From Alphaproteobacteria bacterium (GTDB taxonomy: Bacteria; Pseudomonadota; Alphaproteobacteria; UBA6615), in the NCBI GenBank assembly GCA_028279245.1, contig JANQOE010000004.1:31724-95723 (forward strand): 64,000 nucleotides of DNA, given 5' to 3'. Shown piece by piece: positions 51,901 to 61,032 of the stretch. A model generated the notes under the pieces. The model had not been told where the DNA came from and did no database searches. It was given only the letters and a program-made list of their open reading frames with translations. A program made the position numbers and the translations under genes. Position 1 is the first letter of the stretch, and every line of letters begins with the position of its first letter.

Positions 51901-52241
51901 ATTGTCTGTCGCTCGTCGGTGGCCGCACCGACTGGAACAAGTGGCTCGGTTCTGGACAGCAGCGTGTTGCGGCTATCTCGAACGTCGATGGAGAGAACGC
52001 TGTCGATTTTCGCAATGTCCCTCAGTTCCTCGCTCAGGGTGGCTAAATCACGTTCGAACACCGACGGAGCCAGAGCCGCGCCGAGTAGGGGCGATAACTC
52101 CGCAAGCCTTGTATCAGACGCAATGGTCAGCAGGTTGCGGGTGAGGCGGGCATTGTTCGCGAGATGAAGCGTGAAGGTGAGTGTCAGAATTAGAACCATC
52201 GCGCCGACAAGCTTTGCGCGCAGGGAATGGACTAGGTTCAT
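48942..52241 (-). CDS. Hybrid sensor histidine kinase / response regulator with multiple PAS domains
   Basis: N-terminal TM plus HAMP, about 5 PAS repeats, H-box LAGGVAHDFNNLLAVIRGNLEIL, HATPase_c, C-terminal receiver (IAIVVDD ... LVTDVVF); 1099 aa. Confidence 0.85.
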   Translation of the reverse strand: MNLVHSLRAKLVGAMVLILTLTFTLHLANNARLTRNLLTIASDTRLAELSPLLGAALAPSVFERDLATLSEELRDIAKIDSVLSIDVRDSRNTLLSRTEPLVPVGAATDERQTINLTTPITLSGEQIGTASVVLSAALLESASQAVVAKGLLLAMATAAVSVLTLLLLSTLITRRLATLESTANAVAAGDFTVRAPSLGRDEVGRVARTFNSMLDRLHDANRALEKEHQQLETLIESLPHGAYLKDREGRYTLVNRAFAGFVGRSSPELVGRSTSVFFSDKETEEAQSIDREVVGTGKPVHRSFVSTPPDDEPHHLEITKFPVFGRDGKIIGVGGINVDVSERYHFKQKLADTEKRFRILIDNLPYSLAMKDPAGRYTLVNSAFCKTFRVTDPPEGVIGKTASDMFPAGAARRSRAADRHVMNKQRSLRYRSWFTLDDGSNRVLDVTKFPVFDHAGQMIGLASVAIDITEQEEAEKARLDSEHRFQVIADSLPHPLFMKDTVGRYLFVNAAGQALFEPDSGDYAGKTAADMLAPEVAARTGAIDQAVLENERPAREVILYERAGKTRFHDVIKFPIFDTGGALIGLAGIAVDVTEQRRADEARQQSEQRLRALIENLPFAISMNDLDGRYVIASPLLAKNLDRPIEDIYGKRIQDLLPDKIAREYRRIETEVRATRHPVTREVISKCPNGEDRILEVTKFPVFDTDRDLVGMAGFNLDITERRHTDNRIAHAQRMEMIGQLAGGVAHDFNNLLAVIRGNLEILGEQTRETPELTRRVQAGLRAVRRGATLTERLLAVGRRQSLRADAIRPNQILGEIIDVIRSALGSKTRVTLNSPLGLWPVWVDAGRLEDALLNIALNAGAAMPDGGRLDIRAQNLEIETVQPGSDLNPGRYVVLSLRDSGLGIPAEIRPRIMEPFFSTKRNGSGLGLSVVYGFMRQSGGGLTIESEEGKGTTVQLVLPCGPPGKQKRPPATAPHKREPRHNIAIVVDDQPDMLALTARRLQELGYETRQATDASTALSALSEHPYAAVLVTDVVFGNGMEGIELARTARNQIPTLPILLVSGQAIRRDIGAGDPSTAFLSKPFSKEQLADTLALLSV

Positions 52242-52351
52242 TGGGGCCTCGTCTAACGGGCTCCGATGGCTATCGGAGCAGGCGAGCTACACTCAGGCGT
52301 CGTGGGCCTATGATCTCTGGAGTATGGGAGAATGCTTGGTCGAAGCAAACC

Positions 52352-53170
52352 TCAAGGTTCGCGTTGCCCCGTCTGGCTCAATCGTTCGACAAGCATTGAT
52401 CCAAACGGTATGAACCCCTTTAGATCCGCTTCGGAGATCGGTTCAAACTGGAGTCCGAACCGCTGCCCTTCTTCAGACTCATGGAAGCGGAGGAACGCCG
52501 CTGTAAGCCGTGTCTGGAGGTCTTCCGCCGCGGCCCCCGGCGCCACGGATATGACGCCAAAGCTGTCCCCCAGTTTGGCGATGCCGCGTAGGCTGTCTCC
52601 GGAGTTAGACGGCAACTGATCCGAGAAGGCCTGTATTGAGACTGTGGTATCGGCCTGCTTTCCGGCGACGAGCAGCAAAGCCGTGCTGTGCGACGTCGTG
52701 TGGTGGAAGCTCAAGTCACGGTCGGCGAAACGCTTCGCCGCCAACAGTGAGACAAAACAAAGCGGATCCGGCAATGCCATGACGCCGCCGCCGAGGTCTT
52801 CCAAGGTCTTCAAGTCGCCGTCTTTGTGGGCAAACAGCTCAATGGCGAATTTGGATGACTGAAGGATGGGGCTGTAGCCAATGTGATCCGCGGCAAGGGC
52901 CGCGACATGTGGCGGGGTCACGGCGATGTCGTAGGTCCGGTTGCCCAGCCGGCTCTTGAATGAACTGAAATCCGGCGCGGTCTCCAGGATGACTTCGGTA
53001 TCCAGGGTCCGGCGAATATAGGCCTGCAGCTCGCCATAGCGCTCTTGCAGGGCGCCCGGACTGGTGAACGGCATGACACCGAGGCGCAGTGCGCCATCGG
53101 CCGCATGGACCGGTCCGGACGCCGCGACGAGGCATCCGAGAAGGACACTGACCCTAAGCGATAGATTCAT
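52352..53170 (-). CDS. PhnD/SsuA-like periplasmic substrate-binding protein (phosphonate-binding fold), putative kinase partner
   Basis: Signal peptide MNLSLRVSVLLGCLVAASGPVHA, LRLGVMPF ... type-2 periplasmic-binding-protein fold; immediately upstream of the hybrid kinase on the same strand. Confidence 0.55.
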   Translation of the reverse strand: MNLSLRVSVLLGCLVAASGPVHAADGALRLGVMPFTSPGALQERYGELQAYIRRTLDTEVILETAPDFSSFKSRLGNRTYDIAVTPPHVAALAADHIGYSPILQSSKFAIELFAHKDGDLKTLEDLGGGVMALPDPLCFVSLLAAKRFADRDLSFHHTTSHSTALLLVAGKQADTTVSIQAFSDQLPSNSGDSLRGIAKLGDSFGVISVAPGAAAEDLQTRLTAAFLRFHESEEGQRFGLQFEPISEADLKGFIPFGSMLVERLSQTGQREP

Positions 53171-53303
53171 TGATCGACCCGATTCTACTAATACGTTCAT
53201 TCTGTGCCGGTTGAAACCACATTCTGAGTGCACCGTGCCAACATTGCTGGGACGGTAGGCAGGTGCTAGCTTCCGCGCTTTCTCGCAGGGCAGAAGACCG
53301 GGA

Positions 53304-53591
53304 ATGGCGCTGGATAAACAAACCGTGGCGCGCGTTGCGCGCCTTGCCAGAATTCATACTAACGACGATCAACTAGATGCACTTGCTAGGCAGCTTAGTA
53401 ACATATTGGGTTGGATTGAGCAGTTGCGTGAAGTCGATACCGATCAGACCGCCCCAATGACCAGTGTTGCCGAGATGACCTTGGCGATGCGGGAAGACCG
53501 GGTGACCGATGGCGCCTACCCCGAGAAGGTCTTGGCCAACGCGCCGGTGCGCACCGATGACTTCTACACCGTGCCTAAGGTTGTCGAGTAG
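53304..53591 (+). CDS. gatC: Glu-tRNA(Gln)/Asp-tRNA(Asn) amidotransferase subunit C
   Basis: 95 aa; [10 protein letters not shown] ... [23 protein letters not shown]. Confidence 0.9.
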   Translation: MALDKQTVARVARLARIHTNDDQLDALARQLSNILGWIEQLREVDTDQTAPMTSVAEMTLAMREDRVTDGAYPEKVLANAPVRTDDFYTVPKVVE

Positions 53592-55051
53592 TGGCGGAAC
53601 TCACTGACCTGACGATTGCCGGGGCGCGCGACGAACTCGCGAAGGGGGCAATATCGGCAGCTGACCTTACGGCGGCGCATATCGCCGCGGTTGACGCCGC
53701 GAGTGACCTGAACGCCTTCATCCTGACGACGCCAGATTCGGCGGCTGCCGCGGCGGCCGCGTCTGATGCGCGCCGGGCGCGCGGCGAGGTTGGGCCGCTT
53801 GATGGAATTCCTGTGGCCATCAAGGACTTGTTCTGCACGGAAGGTATTCAGACTACCGCAGCGTCGCACATTCTTGAGGGCTTCAAGCCCACCTATGAAT
53901 CCAGTGTGACGGCCAGGTTGTGGGACGCTGGGGCCGTCATGCTCGGCAAGGCCAACCTGGATGAGTTCGCCATGGGTTCGTCCAACATGACCAGCCATTT
54001 CGGACCCGTGAAGAACCCATGGGGCCGCTCCAGCGGGCGGGATCTGGTGCCCGGCGGGTCCTCCGGCGGGTCGGCGGCTGCGGTGGCGGCGCGGGCCGCG
54101 ATGGGGGCGACGGGCACGGATACGGGCGGGTCGATCCGGCAGCCGGCCGCGTTCTGCGGGATCGTCGGCACCAAGCCGACCTACGGACGTTGCTCTCGCT
54201 GGGGTGTGGTTGCCTTCGCCAGCTCCCTTGACCATCCGGGTCCGCTGACCCGGACGGTGCGCGACGCGGCGATCATGCTCGGCGTGATGGCCGGGCATGA
54301 TCCCAAGGATTCGACTTCGGCCAACGTGCCGGTGCCGGATTTTGAGGCGGCGCTGACCGGCGATGTGCGTGGCCTGAAGATCGGCATTCCGGCGGAGTAC
54401 CGAATGGATGGGATGTCCCCCGAAATCGAGGGGCTGTGGTCGCAGGGCGCCGATTGGCTGCGCCAAGCCGGGGCGGAGATCGTCGAGGTGTCACTGCCGC
54501 TGACCAAGTATGCGCTGCCTTGCTACTACATTGTCGCGCCGGCGGAGGCCTCGTCCAATCTCGCCCGCTATGATGGTGTTCGCTACGGGCTGCGCGTTCC
54601 CGGGGAAGACCTGACTGACACGTATGAGCGCACGCGGGCCGAAGGGTTCGGCGAAGAGGTGCAGCGGCGGGTGCTGATCGGCACCTATGTGCTGTCCGCC
54701 GGGTACTACGATGCCTACTACCTCAAGGCACAGAAAGTCCGGACGCGGATCCTGGAGGACTTCCGGGCCGCGTTTGAGCGCTGCGATGCCCTGTTGACAC
54801 CGACCTCACCTTACCCAGCCTTTGGTATCGGCGAGAAAATGGACGACCCCATCGCCATGTATCTAAATGACGTGTTCACCGTGCCCGCGTCGATGGCCGG
54901 GCTGCCGGCGATCTCTGTCCCGGCAGGATTGAGCGGCGATGGTCTGCCGCTGGGGCTGCAGGTCATTAGCCGGGCCTTCGATGAAGAGACCATGTTTCGC
55001 ATAGCCGATGTGGTGGAGGGCGCCGCCGGTTTCGATACCCGGCCCCGATGA
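53591..55051 (+). CDS. gatA: Glu-tRNA(Gln)/Asp-tRNA(Asn) amidotransferase subunit A
   Basis: Amidase signature [13 protein letters not shown] ... [16 protein letters not shown]; GTG start overlapping the gatC stop. Confidence 0.95.
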   Translation: MAELTDLTIAGARDELAKGAISAADLTAAHIAAVDAASDLNAFILTTPDSAAAAAAASDARRARGEVGPLDGIPVAIKDLFCTEGIQTTAASHILEGFKPTYESSVTARLWDAGAVMLGKANLDEFAMGSSNMTSHFGPVKNPWGRSSGRDLVPGGSSGGSAAAVAARAAMGATGTDTGGSIRQPAAFCGIVGTKPTYGRCSRWGVVAFASSLDHPGPLTRTVRDAAIMLGVMAGHDPKDSTSANVPVPDFEAALTGDVRGLKIGIPAEYRMDGMSPEIEGLWSQGADWLRQAGAEIVEVSLPLTKYALPCYYIVAPAEASSNLARYDGVRYGLRVPGEDLTDTYERTRAEGFGEEVQRRVLIGTYVLSAGYYDAYYLKAQKVRTRILEDFRAAFERCDALLTPTSPYPAFGIGEKMDDPIAMYLNDVFTVPASMAGLPAISVPAGLSGDGLPLGLQVISRAFDEETMFRIADVVEGAAGFDTRPR

Positions 55052-55419
55052 ACACGGCCCGGAAGTTGGCGCCGGAGGTGTTTCGGCAGCGGCTGTTGAT
55101 CGAAGGCTATTACGGTCGGGAGATCGGCGAAGCGGAGGTTCGCGCGTATCTGCTTGAGGTTGCGCGGGCGCTGGACTTGCGAACCTACGGAGACCCGGTC
55201 GTGTTTGCGCCGACGAGCGGTGCCGGCCGCGCGGAAAACGCCGGTTATGACGGGTTCGTGCCGCTCATCGATTCCGGGATTTCGATCTATGTGTGGACCG
55301 GGCCGCGTTTTGCTTCGACGGTGATCTACACCTGCAAAGGCTTTTCGGAAGAGACGGCTGTCGCGTTTACCAAAGACTTCTTCGGTCTTCGCGAAGACTT
55401 GGTCCAGTTAACCTTCTGA
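55048..55419 (+). CDS. Small SpeH/AdoMetDC-fold protein (PF02675-like), apparently lacking the Glu-Ser self-processing site
   Basis: [10 protein letters not shown] ~ HLVAEFYEC; [27 protein letters not shown] ~ [26 protein letters not shown] of SpeH; ATGA overlap with the gatA stop. Confidence 0.4.
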   Translation: MNTARKLAPEVFRQRLLIEGYYGREIGEAEVRAYLLEVARALDLRTYGDPVVFAPTSGAGRAENAGYDGFVPLIDSGISIYVWTGPRFASTVIYTCKGFSEETAVAFTKDFFGLREDLVQLTF

Positions 55420-55442
55420 CGGAACGCTCGACCGTCAGATTG

Positions 55443-55477
55443 CGGGCAAAAAAAATAGGGCCACCATTTGGCGGCCC
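55443..55477 (-). terminator. Minus-strand intrinsic terminator-like hairpin (GGGCCGCC-AAAU-GGUGGCCC plus U8)
   Basis: On the minus strand the hairpin is followed by 8 U; the plus-strand copy has no U-tract; lies in the 370-nt AT-rich gatA-gatB spacer. Confidence 0.4.
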
Positions 55478-55790
55478 AAGTATCTAGGGAGGAACAAGTC
55501 TTTTGTATCATAAAACCGCTTTGGTTGTGTTGCGTTTTTTGCAATGCAGCATCGAGTTAACCGCATCTAAACGCATGACGACTTTGTGACGGCCTGCCTA
55601 ATTCTAAGCGCTGTGGTGCCTACTTGTGCGGCGCAACATCGGCGGGCTGCACAGGGGGCTTTAGGCGCAGACCGGGATCATGGTTAACAGGCGCTGACAA
55701 GAACCGTGCCAAAGTGAAGTTTGGTCTGAACACCGCTTTTGATGCGGTCCCTGGAGTGGCCTATAAGCGGCGCAGGTAAGGAGGCGTTGC

Positions 55791-57245
55791 ATGACGGCAT
55801 TGGTTGAAGGCCGGACCGGAGAATGGGAGGTCGTGATCGGCCTTGAGGTCCATGCTCAGGTCGTATCCCAGGCGAAGCTGTTCTCCGGGGCGCCCACGGC
55901 GTTTGGCGCGGAACCCAACAGCCAGGTCAGTCTGATCGATGCGGCGATGCCGGGCATGTTGCCGGTCATCAATGAGGAATGTGTCCGCCAGGCCGTCAGA
56001 ACCGGGCTTGGCCTGAATGCGAAGATCAACCGCCACTCGGTGTTCGACCGGAAGAACTATTTCTATCCGGATCTGCCTCAGGGCTATCAGATCAGCCAGT
56101 ACAAGCAGCCGATCGTCGGCGAAGGCACCGTTACTGTCGATCTACCCGATGGGGAGGCCCGCGACGTGGGGATCGAACGGCTGCATCTGGAACAGGATGC
56201 AGGCAAATCGGTGCATGATCGGGATCCGCGGAACTCCCTTATCGACCTGAATCGGGCCGGCGTGGCGCTGATGGAGATCGTCTCCAAGCCGGATCTCCGC
56301 TCGGCGGATGAGGCGGGCGCCTATTTGACCAAGCTGCGGGCCATCCTGCGCTATCTCGGCACCTGCGACGGCAACATGGAACAGGGCTCGATGCGGGCCG
56401 ACGTCAATGTGTCGGTGCGGCGGCCCGGCGAACCCCTCGGCACGCGCTGCGAGATGAAGAATGTCAACTCGATCCGCTTCGTCAAACAGGCGATCGAATA
56501 TGAAGCGCGGCGGCAGATCGAGATTATCGAAGACGGCGGGTCGATCGCTCAGGAAACCCGCCTGTTCGATCCGGACCGTGGCGAGACCCGGCCCATGCGC
56601 GCCAAAGAAGAGGCGCATGATTACCGCTATTTCCCGGACCCGGATCTGTTGCCGCTCGAACTCAGCGAAGCGTTTGTTGACGAGCTGAGGGCAGCGTTGC
56701 CGGAACTGCCTGATGTGAAAAAGGCGCGGTTCATGGTGGACTATGGTTTGTCGGCTTACGACGCTAACGTCCTGGTGGCCGAACGGGAGACGGCGGCCTT
56801 TTTCGAGGCGGTTGTCGCCGGTGGGCGGGACCCGAAGACGGCCGCCAACTGGGTGATCTCCAACCTGTTCGGCAGCCTGAACCGCGAAGACAAGACCATC
56901 GCCGAATCGCCTGTCTCGGCGGAACAATTGGGCGGTCTGCTCGATCTGCTGGCCGACAAGACGATTTCCGGCCGGATCGCCAAGGACGTTTTCGACGAGA
57001 TGTTCAAGACTGGCAAGGACTCGGCTGAGATCGTTGAAGAAAAGGGCCTCAAGCAGATCACGGACACCGGTGCCATCGAAACGGTGATCGAGCAGATCAT
57101 TGCCGACAACCCGAAACAGGCCGACCAGTATCGGAGCGGCAACACCAAAGTGGCCGGTTGGTTCACCGGCCAGGCCATGCGCGCGACCCAAGGCAAGGCG
57201 AATCCGCAGTTAGTGAATGAGATCTTGAAGGACAAATTGGGCTGA
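55791..57245 (+). CDS. gatB: Glu-tRNA(Gln)/Asp-tRNA(Asn) amidotransferase subunit B
   Basis: GatB N-domain ([13 protein letters not shown] ... AMPGMLPV) and YqeY-like C-domain; AAGGAGG Shine-Dalgarno. Confidence 0.95.
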   Translation: MTALVEGRTGEWEVVIGLEVHAQVVSQAKLFSGAPTAFGAEPNSQVSLIDAAMPGMLPVINEECVRQAVRTGLGLNAKINRHSVFDRKNYFYPDLPQGYQISQYKQPIVGEGTVTVDLPDGEARDVGIERLHLEQDAGKSVHDRDPRNSLIDLNRAGVALMEIVSKPDLRSADEAGAYLTKLRAILRYLGTCDGNMEQGSMRADVNVSVRRPGEPLGTRCEMKNVNSIRFVKQAIEYEARRQIEIIEDGGSIAQETRLFDPDRGETRPMRAKEEAHDYRYFPDPDLLPLELSEAFVDELRAALPELPDVKKARFMVDYGLSAYDANVLVAERETAAFFEAVVAGGRDPKTAANWVISNLFGSLNREDKTIAESPVSAEQLGGLLDLLADKTISGRIAKDVFDEMFKTGKDSAEIVEEKGLKQITDTGAIETVIEQIIADNPKQADQYRSGNTKVAGWFTGQAMRATQGKANPQLVNEILKDKLG

Positions 57246-57263
57246 ATCCGCTCAGGGGGCAGG

Positions 57264-57731
57264 GTGTTCCTTGATGTCCTAAGGTTCGTTCACATCGTCG
57301 GTGCGACGGTGTTGCTAGGTTCGGGCGCGGCCATCGCCTTCCTCATGTTCCAGCACGCGCTGGATGCATCTATCGAGGCCCGATTGGCGGTCGCCAGGTC
57401 GACGGTGGCGGCGGACCTCTACTTCACGACGCCGGCCGTCATTCTGCAGCCGCTGAGCGGCGCTATTCTGGTTGTCGTTACTGGCTACGATCCGACACAG
57501 CTCTGGCTAGTCGCAACCTATGTCCTCTTCGTCGTCGCCGGTTTGTGCTGGTTGCCGGTCGTTTGGATACAGGTGCGCATGCGGCGGCTGCTTGCGTCCG
57601 CCGTCGCAACCGGTCAGCCGCTTCCGGTGCAGTACGAGCGCCTGTTTCGCATCTGGTTCATCCTTGGCTGGCCGGCTTTCGCTTCGGTTGTGGCGATTAT
57701 CTATTTGATGGTGACGAAACCGGTCTGGTGA
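57264..57731 (+). CDS. DUF2269-like integral membrane protein
   Basis: Four predicted TM helices, 155 aa. Confidence 0.45.
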   Translation: MFLDVLRFVHIVGATVLLGSGAAIAFLMFQHALDASIEARLAVARSTVAADLYFTTPAVILQPLSGAILVVVTGYDPTQLWLVATYVLFVVAGLCWLPVVWIQVRMRRLLASAVATGQPLPVQYERLFRIWFILGWPAFASVVAIIYLMVTKPVW

Positions 57732-58837
57732 CGCGTGTTCTGGTCATAGGCGGATACGGCCACTTTGGCTCACGCATTGTGCGTCGGCTGCTGCCGGAAA
57801 CCGATCTTCAGCTTATCATCGCCGGGCGCTCTATTGAGCGGGCCCAGGCTTTTGTCGAAGGGCTTGGGGCGGCCGGCCGAGCGATTGAGGTCCGCGAAAT
57901 CGACGTGCGTGACGGTCTCGCGGGGCACCTCGCGCGAACCCGCGCCGACATCGTGGTGCACACCTCGGGGCCGTTTCAAGGTCAAACCTATGGCGTAGCC
58001 GAAAGCTGTATCCAGGCTGGCTGCCACTACGTCGATTTGGCGGATGGCCGGGATTTCGTCGCTTCCATTCGTGAATTGGACGGGGCGGCAAAAGCGCGAG
58101 CGGTTACGGTGGTCAGCGGTGCAAGTTCGGTCCCGGCCTTTACTGCGGCGCTCCTCGACGCCTATGGCCGCGAGTTTTCCGTGGTGGAGCGGGCTGAATA
58201 CGGGATTGCTACGGCGCAGCGAACCAATCCTGGGTCGGCAACGATGGGTGCGGTGCTGAGTTATGCCGGACGGTCCTTCGAAACGCGCGTTGATGGAGAT
58301 TGGCGGAAGATCTACGGCTGGCAGGGTCTGCATGTTCGGAAACTGCGGGATGTGGGCCGGCGCTTCTTTGCCAACTGCGATGTGCCGGATCTAGCGCTGT
58401 TTCCCGAACGCTATCCTGACCTGCGAACCATCCGCTTCTATGCCGGTCTCGAGGTGCCATTGGCGCAGTTCGGCATCTGGCTGTTGTCGTGGGCCGTGCG
58501 ATTCCGCTTGGTTCGCTCACTGAGGCCGATGACACCGGTTCTACAACGTGGGGCGCGTGTCCTTGACCTGTTCGGGTCGGACACGAGCGGCTTTTTCATG
58601 GAAATGACAGGTCGGGACGAGAATGCCGATCCGAAGCAATTGATGTTCCACCTGGCCGCGCGGTCCGGTGACGGCACGTTCATCCCGTGTGTGCCGGCGA
58701 TCATTTTGGTCCGGCGGCTGGCACGCGGAGAGATCGAAACGCGCGGCGCGTTTCCCTGTATCGGCATGATCGACCTCGATGCCTACCTGCAGGAACTTGC
58801 TGGGTTGGACATCCACTGGAGCGTTGAGCGTCGGTAG
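57728..58837 (+). CDS. Saccharopine dehydrogenase-like NAD(P)-binding protein
   Basis: Rossmann VLVIGGYGHFGSRIV; GTG start overlapping the upstream stop (GTGA). Confidence 0.65.
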   Translation: MTRVLVIGGYGHFGSRIVRRLLPETDLQLIIAGRSIERAQAFVEGLGAAGRAIEVREIDVRDGLAGHLARTRADIVVHTSGPFQGQTYGVAESCIQAGCHYVDLADGRDFVASIRELDGAAKARAVTVVSGASSVPAFTAALLDAYGREFSVVERAEYGIATAQRTNPGSATMGAVLSYAGRSFETRVDGDWRKIYGWQGLHVRKLRDVGRRFFANCDVPDLALFPERYPDLRTIRFYAGLEVPLAQFGIWLLSWAVRFRLVRSLRPMTPVLQRGARVLDLFGSDTSGFFMEMTGRDENADPKQLMFHLAARSGDGTFIPCVPAIILVRRLARGEIETRGAFPCIGMIDLDAYLQELAGLDIHWSVERR

Positions 58838-58909
58838 CGTAAGACGCTTCTGCTGGAACGAGGACACTATTCGTTCTGGCGAAACGGACCATTTGCTTGG
58901 CAGGGCTAT

Positions 58910-60097
58910 ATGGACGCGGGTGCGGAGTTGCGGCGGTGGTTGATTGAGGAGAGCCGCTTTTTCGATGACCCCATGACCTACAACCAGGCGCTGGTCGACA
59001 AGATGCGGGCGGTTGGGTTGCCGATCGACCGGTACACCACCGGCGTGCCGAGCCTGCATCCCCAGGTCGACTCCTTTTCGGCGGTCTGGGAGACTGGCAA
59101 AACGCTGCACTTCCGACAGTTCCGCCGGACGCCGGAACAGATGGAGTCCTATCGCGGCAGCCCGATCTATGTCGTCTACACCGAAGGCCGGATCGTGCGT
59201 TATCGGCTGGAGGACGATCCGCAGCCGACGGAACCGCCGGTCATCGGTGAGCTGCGGGCAGAGGGCTATACCGACTACCTCGCCATGCCGATGCGGTTCT
59301 CGGACGGCTCGAACAAGGCGGTGACCCTGGCGACCCAGCGCCCTGGCGGCTTCACCGAGGCCGAGGTCGAGGCGCTGACCAGCAACCGCCATCTCCTTGC
59401 GGCGACGGCTGAGATCCGCAATCTGCGGTTCACCGCGAAGACCCTGATGGACACCTATGTCGGCCCGCAGGCGGGGCAGCGTGTATTGGACGGGCAGATC
59501 AAGCGCGGTATGGGCGAGAGGATCCGGGCGGCTATCTGGTTCTGTGATCTGAAGGGCTTCACGGCCCTGTCGGAGAAGCTGTCTGGGGACGAACTGATCG
59601 AGCTGCTCAATGACTATTTCGATGTGATGACTGCGGCGATCGAGGCGGAAGGCGGAGAAATCCTGAAGTTCATCGGCGATGCCATTCTGGCCATCTTCAT
59701 CCCGGGGGAGGCGGATGGCGACCGGGGGGCGACGCGACGGGCGCTAGCGGCGGCACAGGCGGCGGAATTGGCGATGGCCGAGCGGAACCAGAACCGGGCG
59801 GCCGATGGCAAGACACCCATCGGCTACGGCATCGCCTTGCACTTCGGCGTCGTGCTGTACGGCAATGTCGGCGGGCAGAAGCGGCTCGACTTCACGGTGA
59901 TCGGGCCGGCGGTCAATCTGGCCAGCCGGATTGAAGGACTGACTCGGGAGCTGGACCGGACGCTGCTGGTTTCCGACGGGTTCGCCAAACTGCATGGCGG
60001 GGCGTTCGAGGCGCTGGGCGACTTCACCTTCAAGGGTATCGAGGGTCCGCGCGCCGTCTTGGCGCCGGCCCTTGCCGCCTCGGAGCCGACGGTCTAA
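58910..60097 (+). CDS. Class III adenylate/guanylate cyclase with uncharacterised ~200-aa N-terminal domain
   Basis: CHD motifs IWFCDLKGFTALSE ... KFIGDAILAIF ... GIALHFGVVLYGNVGG ... TVIGPAVNLASRIE. Confidence 0.8.
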   Translation: MDAGAELRRWLIEESRFFDDPMTYNQALVDKMRAVGLPIDRYTTGVPSLHPQVDSFSAVWETGKTLHFRQFRRTPEQMESYRGSPIYVVYTEGRIVRYRLEDDPQPTEPPVIGELRAEGYTDYLAMPMRFSDGSNKAVTLATQRPGGFTEAEVEALTSNRHLLAATAEIRNLRFTAKTLMDTYVGPQAGQRVLDGQIKRGMGERIRAAIWFCDLKGFTALSEKLSGDELIELLNDYFDVMTAAIEAEGGEILKFIGDAILAIFIPGEADGDRGATRRALAAAQAAELAMAERNQNRAADGKTPIGYGIALHFGVVLYGNVGGQKRLDFTVIGPAVNLASRIEGLTRELDRTLLVSDGFAKLHGGAFEALGDFTFKGIEGPRAVLAPALAASEPTV

Positions 60098-60123
60098 GGG
60101 AAGCGCATTCCCGCCCTCCCAGG

Positions 60124-60876
60124 TTGCCCGACATGTTTTCGCCCGAGGTCTTAGCGCTGATCGCCGCGACGTTCCTGATTGCCGGAACGGTCAAAGGCCT
60201 GGTCGGCTTGGGGCTGCCGACGATAACGCTCGCGCTGCTGGCGGCGGTGATCGGCTTGAAGGAGGCGATCGCCCTCACGTTGGTGCCGGCCTTCATCATG
60301 AATATCTGGCAGGCGTGGGTCGGCGGCGAACTGGTGCAGATCCTGCGGCGGTTCTGGACCTGGCTGATTACCATTTGTGTCGGCATCTGGTTCGGGACGT
60401 CGGTGCTGGCGGCGGCGGATCCGTCGGTGCTGACCGCGTTGCTGGGAATCCTGCTGGTGATCTATTCGGCCTACAGTCTGGCGACGCCGCAGATCAAGCC
60501 GCCTGGTACGCGCGAACCGTGGCTCACGCCGATCTTCGGCGGCGTGGCGGGCGTGATGGCAGGCATGACCGGGGCGCTGATGGTGCCGGGTGTCCTCTAT
60601 ATCCAGGCTCTCGGCATGAAGCGGGACATGCTGGTGCAGACCCTTGGGGTGACCTTCTTCGTCAGCACCATCGCGTTGCTCGGTTCGTTCAGCCGGTTCG
60701 GTCTGTTGACCCGCGAGCTCGTGGTGATCTCGGCGCTGGCCTTGGTGCCGACGGCCCTCGGCATGGTGTTGGGGCAGCGGCTGCGGAAGCGGCTGTCGGA
60801 GGAGCGTTTTCGGCCGGTGTTTTTCGCGGCGCTGCTGGGCCTGGGGCTGATTATCGTGGGCCGCTCCATTTTCTGA
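60124..60876 (+). CDS. TSUP/TauE-SafE family membrane transporter (DUF81)
   Basis: Duplicated 4-TM halves with a GxGGG-like motif (KGLVGLGLPTI). Confidence 0.75.
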   Translation: MPDMFSPEVLALIAATFLIAGTVKGLVGLGLPTITLALLAAVIGLKEAIALTLVPAFIMNIWQAWVGGELVQILRRFWTWLITICVGIWFGTSVLAAADPSVLTALLGILLVIYSAYSLATPQIKPPGTREPWLTPIFGGVAGVMAGMTGALMVPGVLYIQALGMKRDMLVQTLGVTFFVSTIALLGSFSRFGLLTRELVVISALALVPTALGMVLGQRLRKRLSEERFRPVFFAALLGLGLIIVGRSIF

Positions 60877-61032
60877 AACACCGCCCCTCTTTCTAAGACA
60901 TCACCCTTGGCGATTGATTTGGCTCATTGGTGCGCGGTGACAGAGCGCGCTAACTCCCAAGCATCGGAACATTTTTGGTGCAAGACGGGCGCCGCGGCCA
61001 TCTTGGCGCGCCCCCAGGGAAAGGGAGGTCAC

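Noticed and set aside
55557-55572. TTAA-N7-TAAAC CtrA-like box in the gatA-gatB spacer
   Set aside because: One mismatch from consensus, in an AT-rich region where such matches arise by chance. Kept only as a note within the spacer finding.
56142-57191. 349-aa minus-strand ORF inside gatB
   Set aside because: Antisense shadow ORF.
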